This document shows, piece after piece, positions 14,244 to 25,935 of a stretch of 64,000 bases of DNA. The notes beneath the pieces are model-generated. The model was not told where the DNA came from. It did no database searches and was given only the letters and a program-made list of their open reading frames with translations. Source of the DNA: Haplodiscus bocki (taxonomy: Eukaryota); NCBI GenBank assembly GCA_965655095.1, contig OZ296652.1, positions 21,204,001 to 21,268,000 of the forward strand, given 5' to 3'. Within the stretch, counting starts at the first letter, position 1; each line of letters opens with the position of its first letter. The translations under genes were made by a program, and so were the position numbers.

Positions 14244-14551
14244 AAAACACTTGAATTCTTTAAACTTCAAACAATTCTTGTGCATGTTGGCTTCTAAGAA
14301 AATGTTTGTCCTTTTACGAAGCAAAATCAATTATTGGCAATATATCGCCCACTTATTCTTGACTACCTACTCCCATTCTCATTTTTCTGTGTAAACTATA
14401 ATCGAAATTAAATTTTAGCTTCTCGGTCATGTCACAAGCCTATTTTCCAGCATGATTGAATCTGTGCAAACATGGTGTTAACTATCTCTTGTTCAATGTT
14501 TTTAGGTCTGTAGTATGAAATAATCAGTGAGGTTTTTAGAGGTGGGTAAAG

Positions 14552-17500
14552 ATGAATGTGAATCGAATTTTAACAGCCTCTTTAAGAAAAGTTCCGTTAT
14601 ATCGATGTGCGACAAAGCCCTCTCCATTGCATCTGTTTTCTGTGAGACATGGTGGCACCGATGGTTTTAAAAGTCCCACGGAGCATCCGGAGTCTCGATT
14701 TGGAAGAGACTCTTTTCAGACAGGAATAACTCATCCACCTTTGTGCCCACCCGATACTGATCTCTCCAATGCCGGAACTGGTCAGTAGCGAATACCACAA
14801 TTCTTATCAATGTTATACAACTGTTATATCCAGTTAAAAGTTACTGATATTTGACGGTATTCGAAGCATCAATGGCGTGTTAGACGTATATTTGTTGTAA
14901 AATATGTCTCTAATTTACGTTACATAAATTTGAAAAGAAATTGGAATTTCGTTTTTTCCTAACCTGTAAGCACTTTGTGGAACATCCGAATTAGCCTTTG
15001 CGCTGTTTTTGATTGATTAAACTTATTGCAAAAATCCATTCAATTGTTATTTTATACAATTTGTGGTCCAGGTGTGTTGCAACTGCCTGACGATCAGTTA
15101 CCTGGAAAATACCCAGTCACAGCTGAAGATTGGATCAGATCGGCCCGCAAATACGGAATCCCAATTGAAGAGTACCAGCCATACCCAGACGACGGAATTC
15201 AGAGTGCCGGAGATTACCCCAAGTTTAACCCGGTGCACGCACTGTCTCGAGACGCGTGGCATGATTGGCAGAACCCCAACTACATGACTGATTGGGGACA
15301 TGTAATGCATGCAGAGGAGCAGGATCTCTTGGGTAACACTTTTGACGGGTACTCCCCCACGCTGTACCCCAAGTAAGAAATGTGAACTCAAAGAAATGTT
15401 AATAATTTCAATCAGAATAAACACAGCAAACTTATATTTTTAGTATTTTGGAATTGAGTATTTCCGTTTGCATTGTGCAAGTATTTCTCGGACGCTATTT
15501 CAAACACCAAAGTTAATTCGAAGCATACCATTGCCCGATTCATTTGTGTTTTGTTTAGATGGAAAATGTTTCTTCACACCCTTGTTCCCTTAATAGGTCT
15601 GACTGGTCTGTTCATTCTGTCAGAATTATACCTGCCCTACACCGGGAGAATGGTGAGTATCTTTTTCAAAATGTCACTTACTAAAAACATTGAAAAGCAT
15701 AATCCGTGGATTGACTTTCGGTGATTTTTTATTCCTTCCAACTAGGTTACAACCTTAAACCTATGAATTGATTGAGAATACATTTACGCTTCAATGGTGG
15801 TCTCTACTAGGCCCAAATTCAATTCGATAAGTCTTGAATTTTCGCATTAGTATTTGAAAGGTGGCCCAAGATGCAAAAACAGTCAGTTCTAACAAATCTA
15901 TTAACAAAATACTGTAAATACTCTGTGGTTCCTATTAGGTGTCGGGGTTATATTTAGAGGGTCTGATTGGAAGTGGCTGACACTTTAAGAGAAAGGGGTT
16001 TGTAATAAGAGGCGTCCAGCTTTGCAGGTTCATCAGCTTTATTAGTCCCAAATTTAAATTTTCCGGCTTGTGACATTTGTGTAATATTTTGGTAACTATT
16101 TTATTTATTAAAATTTGCAATTATCGAAAGCATGATCTTAATTGGATTTATTATTGGATCTTTAAATCTTGGAGCTTTTAAATATCTTGACGTTTGAAAG
16201 ATTACTTTCTGATCACGAAGCCCCCCCCCCCCCCTCTAGACGGAAATAGCAATATAACGAAATAAATGCCCAATATCCGCATGGAAATTAAATGCAACGA
16301 AGACATATTGAAAACAAGAAACAAGACACCCGGCTACATCCGGGATATTTTGCGCCCTCCAACATTGTTAAAGATGCCTTTTGGAAGGATAAAAGCTTTT
16401 TTTTTCAAAATACTTTTTCTCATCATATTTTCTAACTTTTCTCATTTTTGCCAAAAAACCTCAAAAGTAAGGTGGAAGAACATTTTCAAGTAAAAATACT
16501 ATCTGAGACGCATTCCATAAAAAAAATTGCCACATGTATCGATTTTGAAAAATCTCAAGGTTTTTTCAAAAAACCCATCTATTTTTCCAAAAAACCCAAG
16601 TTTTGAAAGTTCTTACTATTCCAGTCGCATTCTACGTCAAATTTGCTACAATTAAGTGAAAAGGAAATTTCACGTTCAAAAACGTGAACGAACATCGTTT
16701 TAGTGTGAACGCAATTGGCAAACATCGGGTAAAAAAACGTCAGAAATAGCCCATTTGAGAGCAAGTTTTTGCTTCCCTGTTTCAAATATGGCGCAAAATA
16801 AACTTTTATTGAATTATAATTTCTGCTTGATGACAAAAAAGATATTCAACAAGACGGCCAGCTACCAACGGCATATTTTGAGCCTTCCCATTTTTGTAAA
16901 GAAGGCTTTTAAAAAGATGAAAACGTTTTCTCGGAAAACACTCTTCATCATATTTTCTAATTTTTCCCACTTTCTGAGTTTTCCGACTTTGCTTAGAAAA
17001 CCTCGTAATTAGGGCGGAAATGACATTTTTAAGAAATGATACCATTTGATACACATTCTACAGCAATTTTGCCACCTTCAGGGTTTTTGAAAAATCCTTT
17101 TATTTTTTCAAAAAACACCCAACATTCGAACGTTTTGAGAGATTTTACTACTATTTCATTCGCATTCTACGGCAAATTTGTTACAATTTGGTCAAAAATA
17201 ATTTCATGTTCAGAAGTGTGTTCAGAAGCCGATGTGTAAAGTCGGAAATGGCCCATTTGAGTGCCAGATTTTGTTTCATTTTAAGATTTTGGCGCAATAT
17301 GATAATTTATAATACTGTAAATGAGCGCTTTGAAGAGAGCTCAATCCGGATTGCTACTGAATAGTTGATTGTAATCTTCAAATAATTTTTTCGACAGAAG
17401 TTTTCTCACACCACGCTCTGAAGATAGCCACTAAAGATTGATCGAACAACTAAGAAGGAACCAAAGCCTGAAATCAAGTTGAAAGAACCCAAGCATTTTT

Positions 17501-20500
17501 CAATGCTGACAAGGAGGACGTGAGGAATACAACTGTTCGTTAGCAATGGCAGGAGCAATTCCACAACCAAATCAGTGATGGCTTTGATGCAACAGTAACG
17601 ACACTGAGAAATCATTTTTGCGACCCAAATTTCCGAGAACTTCACAAACTACATTTTCACAACTTAAAATTTGACCACAAGAATGGTAGCCCGGAAGACA
17701 TCTTAATACCAGTGCAGATGAGAGCAACACATTTTTATCCTGATCCATTATTCCCGCCGATTCCGCCAGCTAACCCATCGAAGGACCAAGCGAAAATTGA
17801 CAGAGTTCAGAACGCACAAGACGCCAACAAGCGGCGTTAGACAATGCAGTTAATGAGCGAAACAGGAGGATCAAGGAAAAACTTCGCGAACGCCATGCCG
17901 AACTTCATCAAGAGAAAACTACTTGACCAATATGAGACAGCATCAGTGCAAGACCTCTCTATAGTTGCACGACACCAAATGGTTTTTTACGAACTTTGCC
18001 CGAGTGATGACTGGACAAAAGTTACCTTTAATGAGATTAGTTCAACACTTTCAGAAAACTTAGTTGCAGCATCAACAAAACTTACACAACAAGACCAACT
18101 GAAACAGCAACAAACCGACTTGTTTAATAGAATCAACACCCGAATTTTCCGAATAATCAAAATCCAAATTCTCGCAACGACAGTTTCAACCGTCAACAAC
18201 GACAAAACTATAGATTTAACAACTCACGAGGTTTTCGACGAGGATATAAAAATAATGGAGGACGGAGTCGCTTCAATAACAACAGAGGATACGTTAATGG
18301 TAAACAAAATAGAAATAACTACAACTCTAATTCCAAGTATAACACACCACAAATCCAAGAATCGACCGACCATGAACATGTATCGAAATAGACCGTGACA
18401 CAATTGAGTTTGACAGTCTATATGACACCTTGAACAACTACTACAAATCTTTGAGGTCAAAATCAGTATTCAAAGACAAACTACGACGACTGTTAAACTA
18501 TCTTGAAGACGAACTCTAAACCAACATAATGATCAAGATTACCTCCCGATCATTTGTTTTCCAGCTGTGTTAAACAGAGAAACGTATTTAAAAATTTCAA
18601 CTTTTGTCTTCGAGCCAAAAAAATCGGCGCACTTAAAATCGAAAAACCCTTCAACAATGATTCTACTTCTGCTTTTCATAGTAATCGCAGCAGATGACAG
18701 AGGTAGTCTTGAACGAGGAGTGTTTTTTCACGAGAAGACAAAAACACTTTTGACAGAGAAATTTGTAAACAACCAAATCCTAGTCCCCTATCCAAAATTT
18801 AACATCGAACCAACGAAAAACCTGGGATTACTAGCAGCGGGTTTACAGAGCATGTGGCGAATGCCAGCTTATCGGTGTTACCTTAATTTCACAAACACAA
18901 GCGGAAATGACTTCAAAGTAGATCGGCTTTTAAAAGAAACAAAAAAGGAAGTTTTGTTTGCCGACAAAGATCTGACTAAAATAAAACAAGTATCCTTCAT
19001 AAACGGTACTTCAATCAAGGAAAAACGATCTAAAAGAACTACCGATAGCAGCCGCAGTAGCAAGCGCCGTAGGACTAATCGGATCATGTTCGGTGCGTCA
19101 GACAACTTTGGCCTTATGGGTATTTTTGGCTCTTAGCAAGAGAAGGCCCAAACCAAAGCCGAAAACATTGTAGAAGTTAGAATACGCCATAGTCATTGGA
19201 GCCAACTTTCAACAACTTGCGAACGCAACCGACGAAACAAATTTTCGTGTCTCAAAAGATTTAGCTCTCCTTCACGAAATTCAGAATCAAATCAAAATGA
19301 GAATTGGCAAAAGATCGAGAAACCATTCGAAGTATTCCGAGAGAATTTTCATGAAATGCGCGGTAACGATCAACTCCTATACACTCGACAACAGGTGAAC
19401 TTCAGTTCTGATACGATATCTTCCGTACTCTCGCTAATCTACAGCATTATTAAAGCTTATCGAGCAGCTCTATTCTCATTCCAGTTGAACATACTAAACG
19501 CTATTCCCTCCCTACTTTCGAAATACGTTCCAATGACCCCTTTCCCCAAAGAATGCTTTAACATATTTTGAAGGTGGTCGACGACTCACAAGAGAAGTCG
19601 CATAACCGACTTACATCGGCCATTCCAAACCAAGAACTTGTGGCATTTCATGAATAACGCCTATTATTGGATGTATTGACTCTCGACCATGGCCTTCTGA
19701 TGACAATGCCAATTCCATTTGCATCACGACAAACAGCATTTACAGTTTACAAAGCAATAGTGGTACCTCTACCCCAAGTGGGCGAAGATATGGCAATTAA
19801 ATGGAATGCTGAAGCAGAATGTCCAGCAGTAACGAAAAACTTGACTTCACTAGTCACAAGAGACCAACTCGACAAATGTATATAATCAAGCAAGTCTGGC
19901 ATTTGCCATGAAACCTTAGCAACAGAAAATAAAGACTCGTCATGTCTGGCAACTCTATGTTTTATGGGAACATTATGGATGCTCTAGAAGTTTGTGATAC
20001 AGTCCCAGTCTCACTACCTCTGAAAGTTAAAACAAACAATCTGGGTTATGGAATATGGCTCATAACTTCAGCTCAAGCCAACTTTGAATTCGAAGAAAAC
20101 TTTATGGATGCTACAAATCTTGCAGGTTCAAAAACTGTCGAGATGTAGAATCTGTTTGATAACTCTAGAATGTGGTAATCAATTAACTGGAGAGAATATC
20201 AGAATCCGATCTGACGTATCGTCATGTGCAAAAGTTCCTCCAGTAAAACTGGATGTGGAACTGCCCAAACGAATGGCCAATCTATTCAGCCTGCTATCAA
20301 CAGTAGATGAACTACCATACAACAAAGGTGGAAGCTAATGCGAAACTACTAAAGTCTGTCTATATATAAATGTAAATGAGAGATTTGGAGAGAGAGCTCA
20401 AGCTGGATTACTACTGAATAGTTGACTGTAATCTTCAAGGAAATTCCTCATTTCTTTAGCAAAGTTGTTCTCACCACGCTCTTAAGATAGCCACTAAAGA

Positions 20501-21438
20501 ATAAATTCAAGTCTGATAACTAAGAAGGAACCAAAGCCTAAAGTCAGCTTGAAAGAAACCAAGCAATTTTACAATTTGAGGTCATCAAAGCGTGGACTTT
20601 GTGAGTCGGGGTTTAGGCAAAATAAAAAACGGCAAAACGATTCTGAAATTTAAAAGAAAACCCATACCAGGGGGGTCAAAATTAGGGGTGGGTGCCAATT
20701 TTGAGGCTCAGATTGTATGAGGGGGACTCTTACCAGGAACCGCAGGGTACTTGTTTATTGTAACTTTGACTGGCGAAAATTACAAATAGTCCCTTTAACT
20801 TTAGGGTTTTAGTTGTTTGGTTTTAGGGTTTCAGTCTTGTTTGGCAAAGAATTCTTGCCTTGTTTCAACAATAAGCTTGCCTTTAGGATGGCAGTTAAGA
20901 TCTTATTTTTTTGCAAACTCTGTGTGAGTGTTATAATCCTCGCGTTTATGGCGACTCAAGCTGAAACATGTGAAAGAGTTGCTGCCCATGCACAAATAAT
21001 TCTATTTATAAATAGCATTTGTTGGTGCACTTTTGAGAGGAAATTAAATCAAAGCTAGTGAAAAAGTGGAAAATGAGAACCAGTGTTCAAAACTTTTTCA
21101 GATGCCTATCTTAAACCGTTTATAATTCTATAATAATAATTTATATTTCAGCTCATCGGAAAACGTCAAGCTTTCTTTAAATGTTGAGAACATTCTCTTT
21201 CTGAACAATCTGACGTCTCCAAAAGCAAGAAAAAAAATGTATCATGAATTTACACATGTATTTTCATGGTTAGATTTTGGTTGGTCATTTTTATGTTGAT
21301 TCGATGGTTTCGTTGTTTTAGGCACCGCCCGTTTATTTGCATGGTTGGGACCCAGACAAATGCAGGTTCATCGAAGGCACCGAAAAGCCTCTCTACAGGT
21401 TTCCAGAGCACCCTCCTACCTACAACAGAAAGTCATAA
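14552..21438 (+). CDS. NDUFB8: NADH:ubiquinone oxidoreductase subunit B8 (ASHI). Exons 14552-14780, 15072-15372, 15559-15652 and 21322-21438, ~246 aa.
   Basis: Arg-rich mitochondrial presequence. PGKYP...RKYGIPIEEYQPYPDDG...GDYPK...RDAWHDW...WGHVMH matches the NDUFB8 core. TM helix in exon 3. All introns are GT-AG and phase-consistent. Exon 4 (APPVYLHGW...YRFPEH...*) is the least certain. Confidence 0.9.
16370..17300. repeat. Degenerate two-unit (~500 bp) repeat, probably derived from a non-autonomous transposon, in NDUFB8 intron 3
   Basis: The motifs catcatattttcta, cgcattctacg.caaatttg.tacaatt, gcccatttgag and tggcgcaa each occur twice, ~500-540 bp apart. Confidence 0.6.
17316..20573 (+). 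mobile_element. Decayed LTR element with a gag fragment and env but no pol, in NDUFB8 intron 3. LTRs at 17316-17502 and 20371-20573.
   Basis: Two TG...CA direct repeats (tgtaaatgag...agatagccactaaag...aagaaggaaccaaagcct...ttca/taca). Gag-like ORF at 17844-18398. Env fragments at 18657-20338. Confidence 0.8.
18657..20338 (+). pseudogene. Env / class-I fusion (F-like) glycoprotein remnant, 3'-truncated
   Basis: Signal peptide MILLLLFIVIA. Furin site KRSKR, followed after a frameshift by hydrophobic LPIAAVASAVGLIG...GLMGIFG. Cys-rich CHETLA...SCLATL and CRICLITLECG. Acceptor tttgttttccag at 18564. Confidence 0.75.
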
Positions 21439-23094
21439 CTCTTCCGGAGTAGTGAAAAAAAACTATCAATTCTCACTAGCTTAAACATTAATGATACTAT
21501 TGGCCAGAAAATTCAAGTTTTGAAAGTGGATTGAATTTTTGATTCAATAGAAAATGGGTAAAATAATAATCCACTAATGATTGATGAAAATTTTGATAAG
21601 ATACTAATTTTTCAGGTCAAAAACTCAAGATTTCTCTTTTTAGACATACCGACTGGAAGGAAGGATGTTTATTGCGACGGGTTATCCGAGCTTATTTTTG
21701 TTCAAAAATGCAATTTCCATACCGTCAGCAGAAAAATGGGAATACCTGAACGTTCAACAATGTCTCTTTTGATGATTCGACTTTAAAATGGCGTGACCTA
21801 AGAAGTTATGATTGACAAATTAAATATTTGACTATGAGACACTCTGACTGGTGTTTGTCTCAGTTTAGCTATTTTCGAACAAACGCTTGGCACAAAGTCA
21901 ATCTCGTAGTTCTGAAAATGTTAATCGAGTCTCCGGTCATAGTTTCAAATGTCTGATATGTCTCGTGTATCTTCGATGTCAATTGATAGGTGTGAATGTT
22001 TTGCCAAGTGCCATCTTGCCGCAGTCTTAGATGTTTAAGAGTGAATGGGGTCAACTTTAGTTCTGTGAGTGAATTACCGTTTGGTGATAATTTCAAGAAG
22101 TTCGTCAACATAACAAGCTTTCTGTCCACGTCTTCCGATTCAAACCGCCCAACAGACAGAGGAGCTCAGAACTCTCAAGTTGGTGCTGGCCGCAAGGCAC
22201 AAAATGAAACAATATGAAGTGGTAGAAACATACAGAAGAACGCTTTTCTCGAAAAACATTTGACTGAACACGTATCTATGGCTCTATGGCTTAAAAATCT
22301 TCTGTCCTACCGGCAAGACCATAGGGCTATCTGGAGAACCAGTCGATTTGATTTGTTTTCAAATTTTACTCGAACCATTTTGGACGCTTTAACGGTGACA
22401 AAACGATTCATTTCCAATCAAAGTTGTTGGTAACTTTGTTTTCGACGACATTCAACTTGGAATGTTCAATATTATAAAGATCTTTTCTTCGTCTTAGATT
22501 TACTTCATAAAAAGTATGTTTAATATTAGCAGGGTTCTCTTCTGACGAGAGAGGCTCTTCTGACCGACCAGCCTCGTTCAACCCTATAAGTTGCCGACTA
22601 ACCTCTGGTGAATTCTCACTCCAGAAAAGCTATGAGCTCTACAATTTGTGTTTAGACACGCAATCATTGATTTGATTTGTAACCAACAATATAATAAGGA
22701 AAGACTTGGATGCTAGTTGCTTTCTAAAAAGTTGACTCCAATGAATCATGCTCTTTTTGATTGCTGTAAATATAGAACTTGATATACTTTCAGCATCAGG
22801 TTATAGTGTTACATTTACTGATACCTATTCCATTTTTGTTGATGTTATCTCGATAAAGGAATTGTGTCTCTCCATCTCTCTCGTCGCTTTCTCTTTTTTT
22901 TTGTATGTATGTATGTGTGTGTAATAGTCCTTTTTTTTACTAGAGTAATGCCCCGATTAGAAAATCTAAATTTTCTCTCCCGCCGGTGCTCTATAAGTAT
23001 ATTCGCCCATTACTGTGAGTTCGTACTATAACTATAGTACCCAGTTTTGACAAATTTACTTCAATTTCTCTAAAATTGTTATTAATTTTGTTTA

Positions 23095-23160
23095 TGTGGC
23101 CTAGTTGGTGTGACAAAAAAGTTCATACACCGGAGTTTGCGGTTGGAATCCCAGCATTAA
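23095..23160 (+). other. tRNA-derived (SINE-head-like) Pol III box remnant; a second, weaker one at ~23677-23740
   Basis: A-box-like tggcctagttgg and B-box-like ggttggaatccc at tRNA-like spacing. No complete cloverleaf. Confidence 0.4.
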
Positions 23161-23959
23161 GTATATTTTCTACAACTTAGATATTGTGCTATCTAGCGTA
23201 CTATTTTTGACGATCCAATTTTTCGTGATACATACCCATCCTTATGCATTGACTAAAATGTAACCAAAGAAGACCAGAACCAAAATTTTTCGAGCTGGCC
23301 CTGACAATTACATCCAAAAGTTTCTACAAACGGGAATCTGAAACTCGTAGGCCACGCCGGCTTTGAGACTTCTCGGCTTGTTTGTAGGCACCTTAGTAAA
23401 AGCTGACTATTACGAGGGCTCTTTTTTCACCGCTAAAGCGTCCAAACTGTTTAAATAAATTTTATGATTATCGCAAAATGACCGATGTAGGAACATGTGA
23501 TTCGACGGTAGTATACTTTGATTATCTTGGTTAACTGTAAGCATAATGCTGGCATCAACAGAAGGGTATGGTATCATGTTTAATCATCGTTCAAGTTTGT
23601 CAATGTTGATCAACTTCTAAAGGAACGGTCTGATTGTTCTTTCGCAGCTTTCACACAACTGGTACCTAGAAGACTGCGCTGGTGTAAAGGGAGGGACAAG
23701 AAGCCTTTTAGCCATAGATGCGGGTTCAAGACTAGCTAACTCCAAAATTCTTTTGAACCATAGATACAGGTTCGAGATTAGATGAGTCGGAACTTTTTTT
23801 CTGGAAAACGCCTAACTTCAGTTTTTTTATGTTTGTACCCCTCTTATTTTATGACACCACTTGATTTATTTTGAGCCTTTGCGGGCAGCACCGACGTGAG
23901 ATTCGGGGCTTGGGATTGTATCATTCGACTGTAATTTACTCGCTGTTTCTTGTGGTTTA

Positions 23960-24500
23960 AATTATTCTGTGGAAAATTTTTCTTTTCGTGCATTAAAACC
24001 TTCATTTTACATATTCTGACTGAGTGGGAGAATGTGTATTGGAAACCGCAGATGCCCAACTTTTTTGACGTCATTGGTGTCTAGTGTGTTTTTGAGAGAT
24101 TTAGCAGGTAGTTGTTTATAATCGCGCTCTTGAAATAGGTATTTTTTAAACGTTGCTCTGAAAAAAGCAACAGCCTCCTAAAAGGTCATGTTTGACAACA
24201 TATCAAGATTTTGAAGGCTACAGTGTGGCAGGTGCTCTTGTTTTCGTGTTGTAAAATGTGCAAATTTCTTAAACATTGGACTGAAAAATGGCGTAACCCC
24301 CGAAAAGACATGAGTGACTGATCAAAATGTTTAGGAAGAAATGTCACAGGTACTTGTCTCAATTCGTCCTTTTCGAACAAACTTTTGATTGACAGCTGGT
24401 GCAGTATTTCTAAAAGTATCAATCACGTCTGTGAGCTTGGTTTCAAATGTCTATCACAATCTCTCCAAGTTGAATGCGTTGCAAAGTTCGCTTCTTTCCT
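23960..24500 (+). mobile_element. Dispersed non-coding repeat family A, copy 1
   Basis: Shares ttctgactga...gaatgtgtattggaaacc, aagg..atgttt, agacatga.tgac, tcaaatgtct and gaatg.gttgc.aa with 47790-48720 and 51600-52465. Confidence 0.7.
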
Positions 24501-24699
24501 GTGTTAATTAGTAAAATGCGTTACGACGGGTTAGGATTGTGTTTTAGTTTCATGAAATATACAGACGGCGAAAAATAGTAAAACGTAAAAAGATCTTTGA
24601 AGCATCTTTCATCTAATATCATGAGACGTAATAATAGTGTGGAATAGAATTGCTTGCCCGTTTCAGATAATAATTTGTATTGAAGAATAGCGTTGTGCA

Positions 24700-25935
24700 A
24701 TGGATTCAAGTACAGTCCCCGAGAGTGGCGGAGGTGGAGGAGCCGGTGAGGTGATTGACAGTGTGAGCAATAGGAAACCCATGAGCAATCTTGCCTTTGA
24801 GTCAGGAGGCTTGGGTGCACAGAAGGCAACAGACAGTGGAGGAGGTATTGCAGGACCCGCCGCGCAGTCTGCTCCAGACGATCAAGCTAGAATGCAGAAG
24901 TACGGAGGACTCGCCAAAAAGTCCACGCCTCACATGCTGCTCAACAGAAGAAAGGTTAGTGATTAAACCCTAAAGCTGGATGCAACTTAGTCATTTATTG
25001 AGTTGATAGATTGCTAACAAAATTAAAAGAGGATTTCAGAAATTTTGCGGGTTGTTTTTATGAATAATATTAACAGAATGTGTTAACCCAGTTAAAATTG
25101 ACGTTTATGATGAAGATGATGATGATGGACGTTTTCCAAGAGTATTGATATAGCAACACATGGGTGGTATCACAATTTTAGTGGGGAAAAAATGTCTTGC
25201 AATGCCGAAAAACTAGGGGGGCTTTGGTATTTTCAAATTTCTCAAGTTTTTGTACACTGGTTGTACTATTTGAAGTAGAACCTGTGCTTTTTTATCACCA
25301 CTCTTTTTTGATACGCGAAATCGCTCTTCATTTTTGTGTCGAATGCACGGTGAAAAAACTAGCCACTGCAATAGTCAGACACTCTTACGTAATTGAGAAG
25401 CGTCAAGTAAAAGATAACATATTTGTAGCCTCAAAAGAACTACTTTGATTCGGGCGACTACAACATGGCCCGACAATTAGGGGCAGGCCGCGGCGGCCAA
25501 GGAATGAAGAGTCGACCTGCACTAAGCAGCATGGTCACAGGAACGATGGCACCCACGCCGGAAGCTGTTGAAATGACACGTCATCCTCATCACGAACAGA
25601 GCAAATTGGTCGAAGAGCAGTCCATCAGCTCTAATAACGCAGCCGCAATCACCTCCCCGGGAACCCCCTCGGGCGCCGTCTGTCAAGTGGGTTCGTTTCC
25701 CGCGACAACCACTAACGGTCATTCCAGTAACGAAATTCCTACTAATAGCAGCGATGACATTAATGCTTGCGCCGCTGCCGCCAATTCCTCAGATGTGGCA
25801 ATGGAGGATGCCTCGTTCTCCACAAACTCCAGCAGTTCCCATTTCGCCCCCACCCAAGACGAAGGTCACGCCTCAGTGCATAACTGGAGCTCAGGGGGTG
25901 TCGGAAGACCACATCAACTCTCTGGCAATAATTGA
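24700..25935 (+). CDS. ENSA: Endosulfine / ARPP19-family PP2A-B55 inhibitor. Exons 24700-24954 and 25429-25935, ~253 aa.
   Basis: Spliced KYGGL...LLNRRK|PQKNYFDSGDYNMA contains the Greatwall-site motif FDSGDY. TG...PTPE follows. Phase-0 GT-AG intron at 24955-25428. Confidence 0.92.

Noticed and set aside
12302-14250. Antisense and alternate-frame ORFs over SAFB
   Set aside because: Shadows of the biased coding strand with no recognisable motifs.
21869-22217. Overlapping ORFs between NDUFB8 and ENSA
   Set aside because: No homology or convincing splice structure.
23095-23160. Functional tRNA gene
   Set aside because: No acceptor or anticodon stem pairing is evident; only box remnants.
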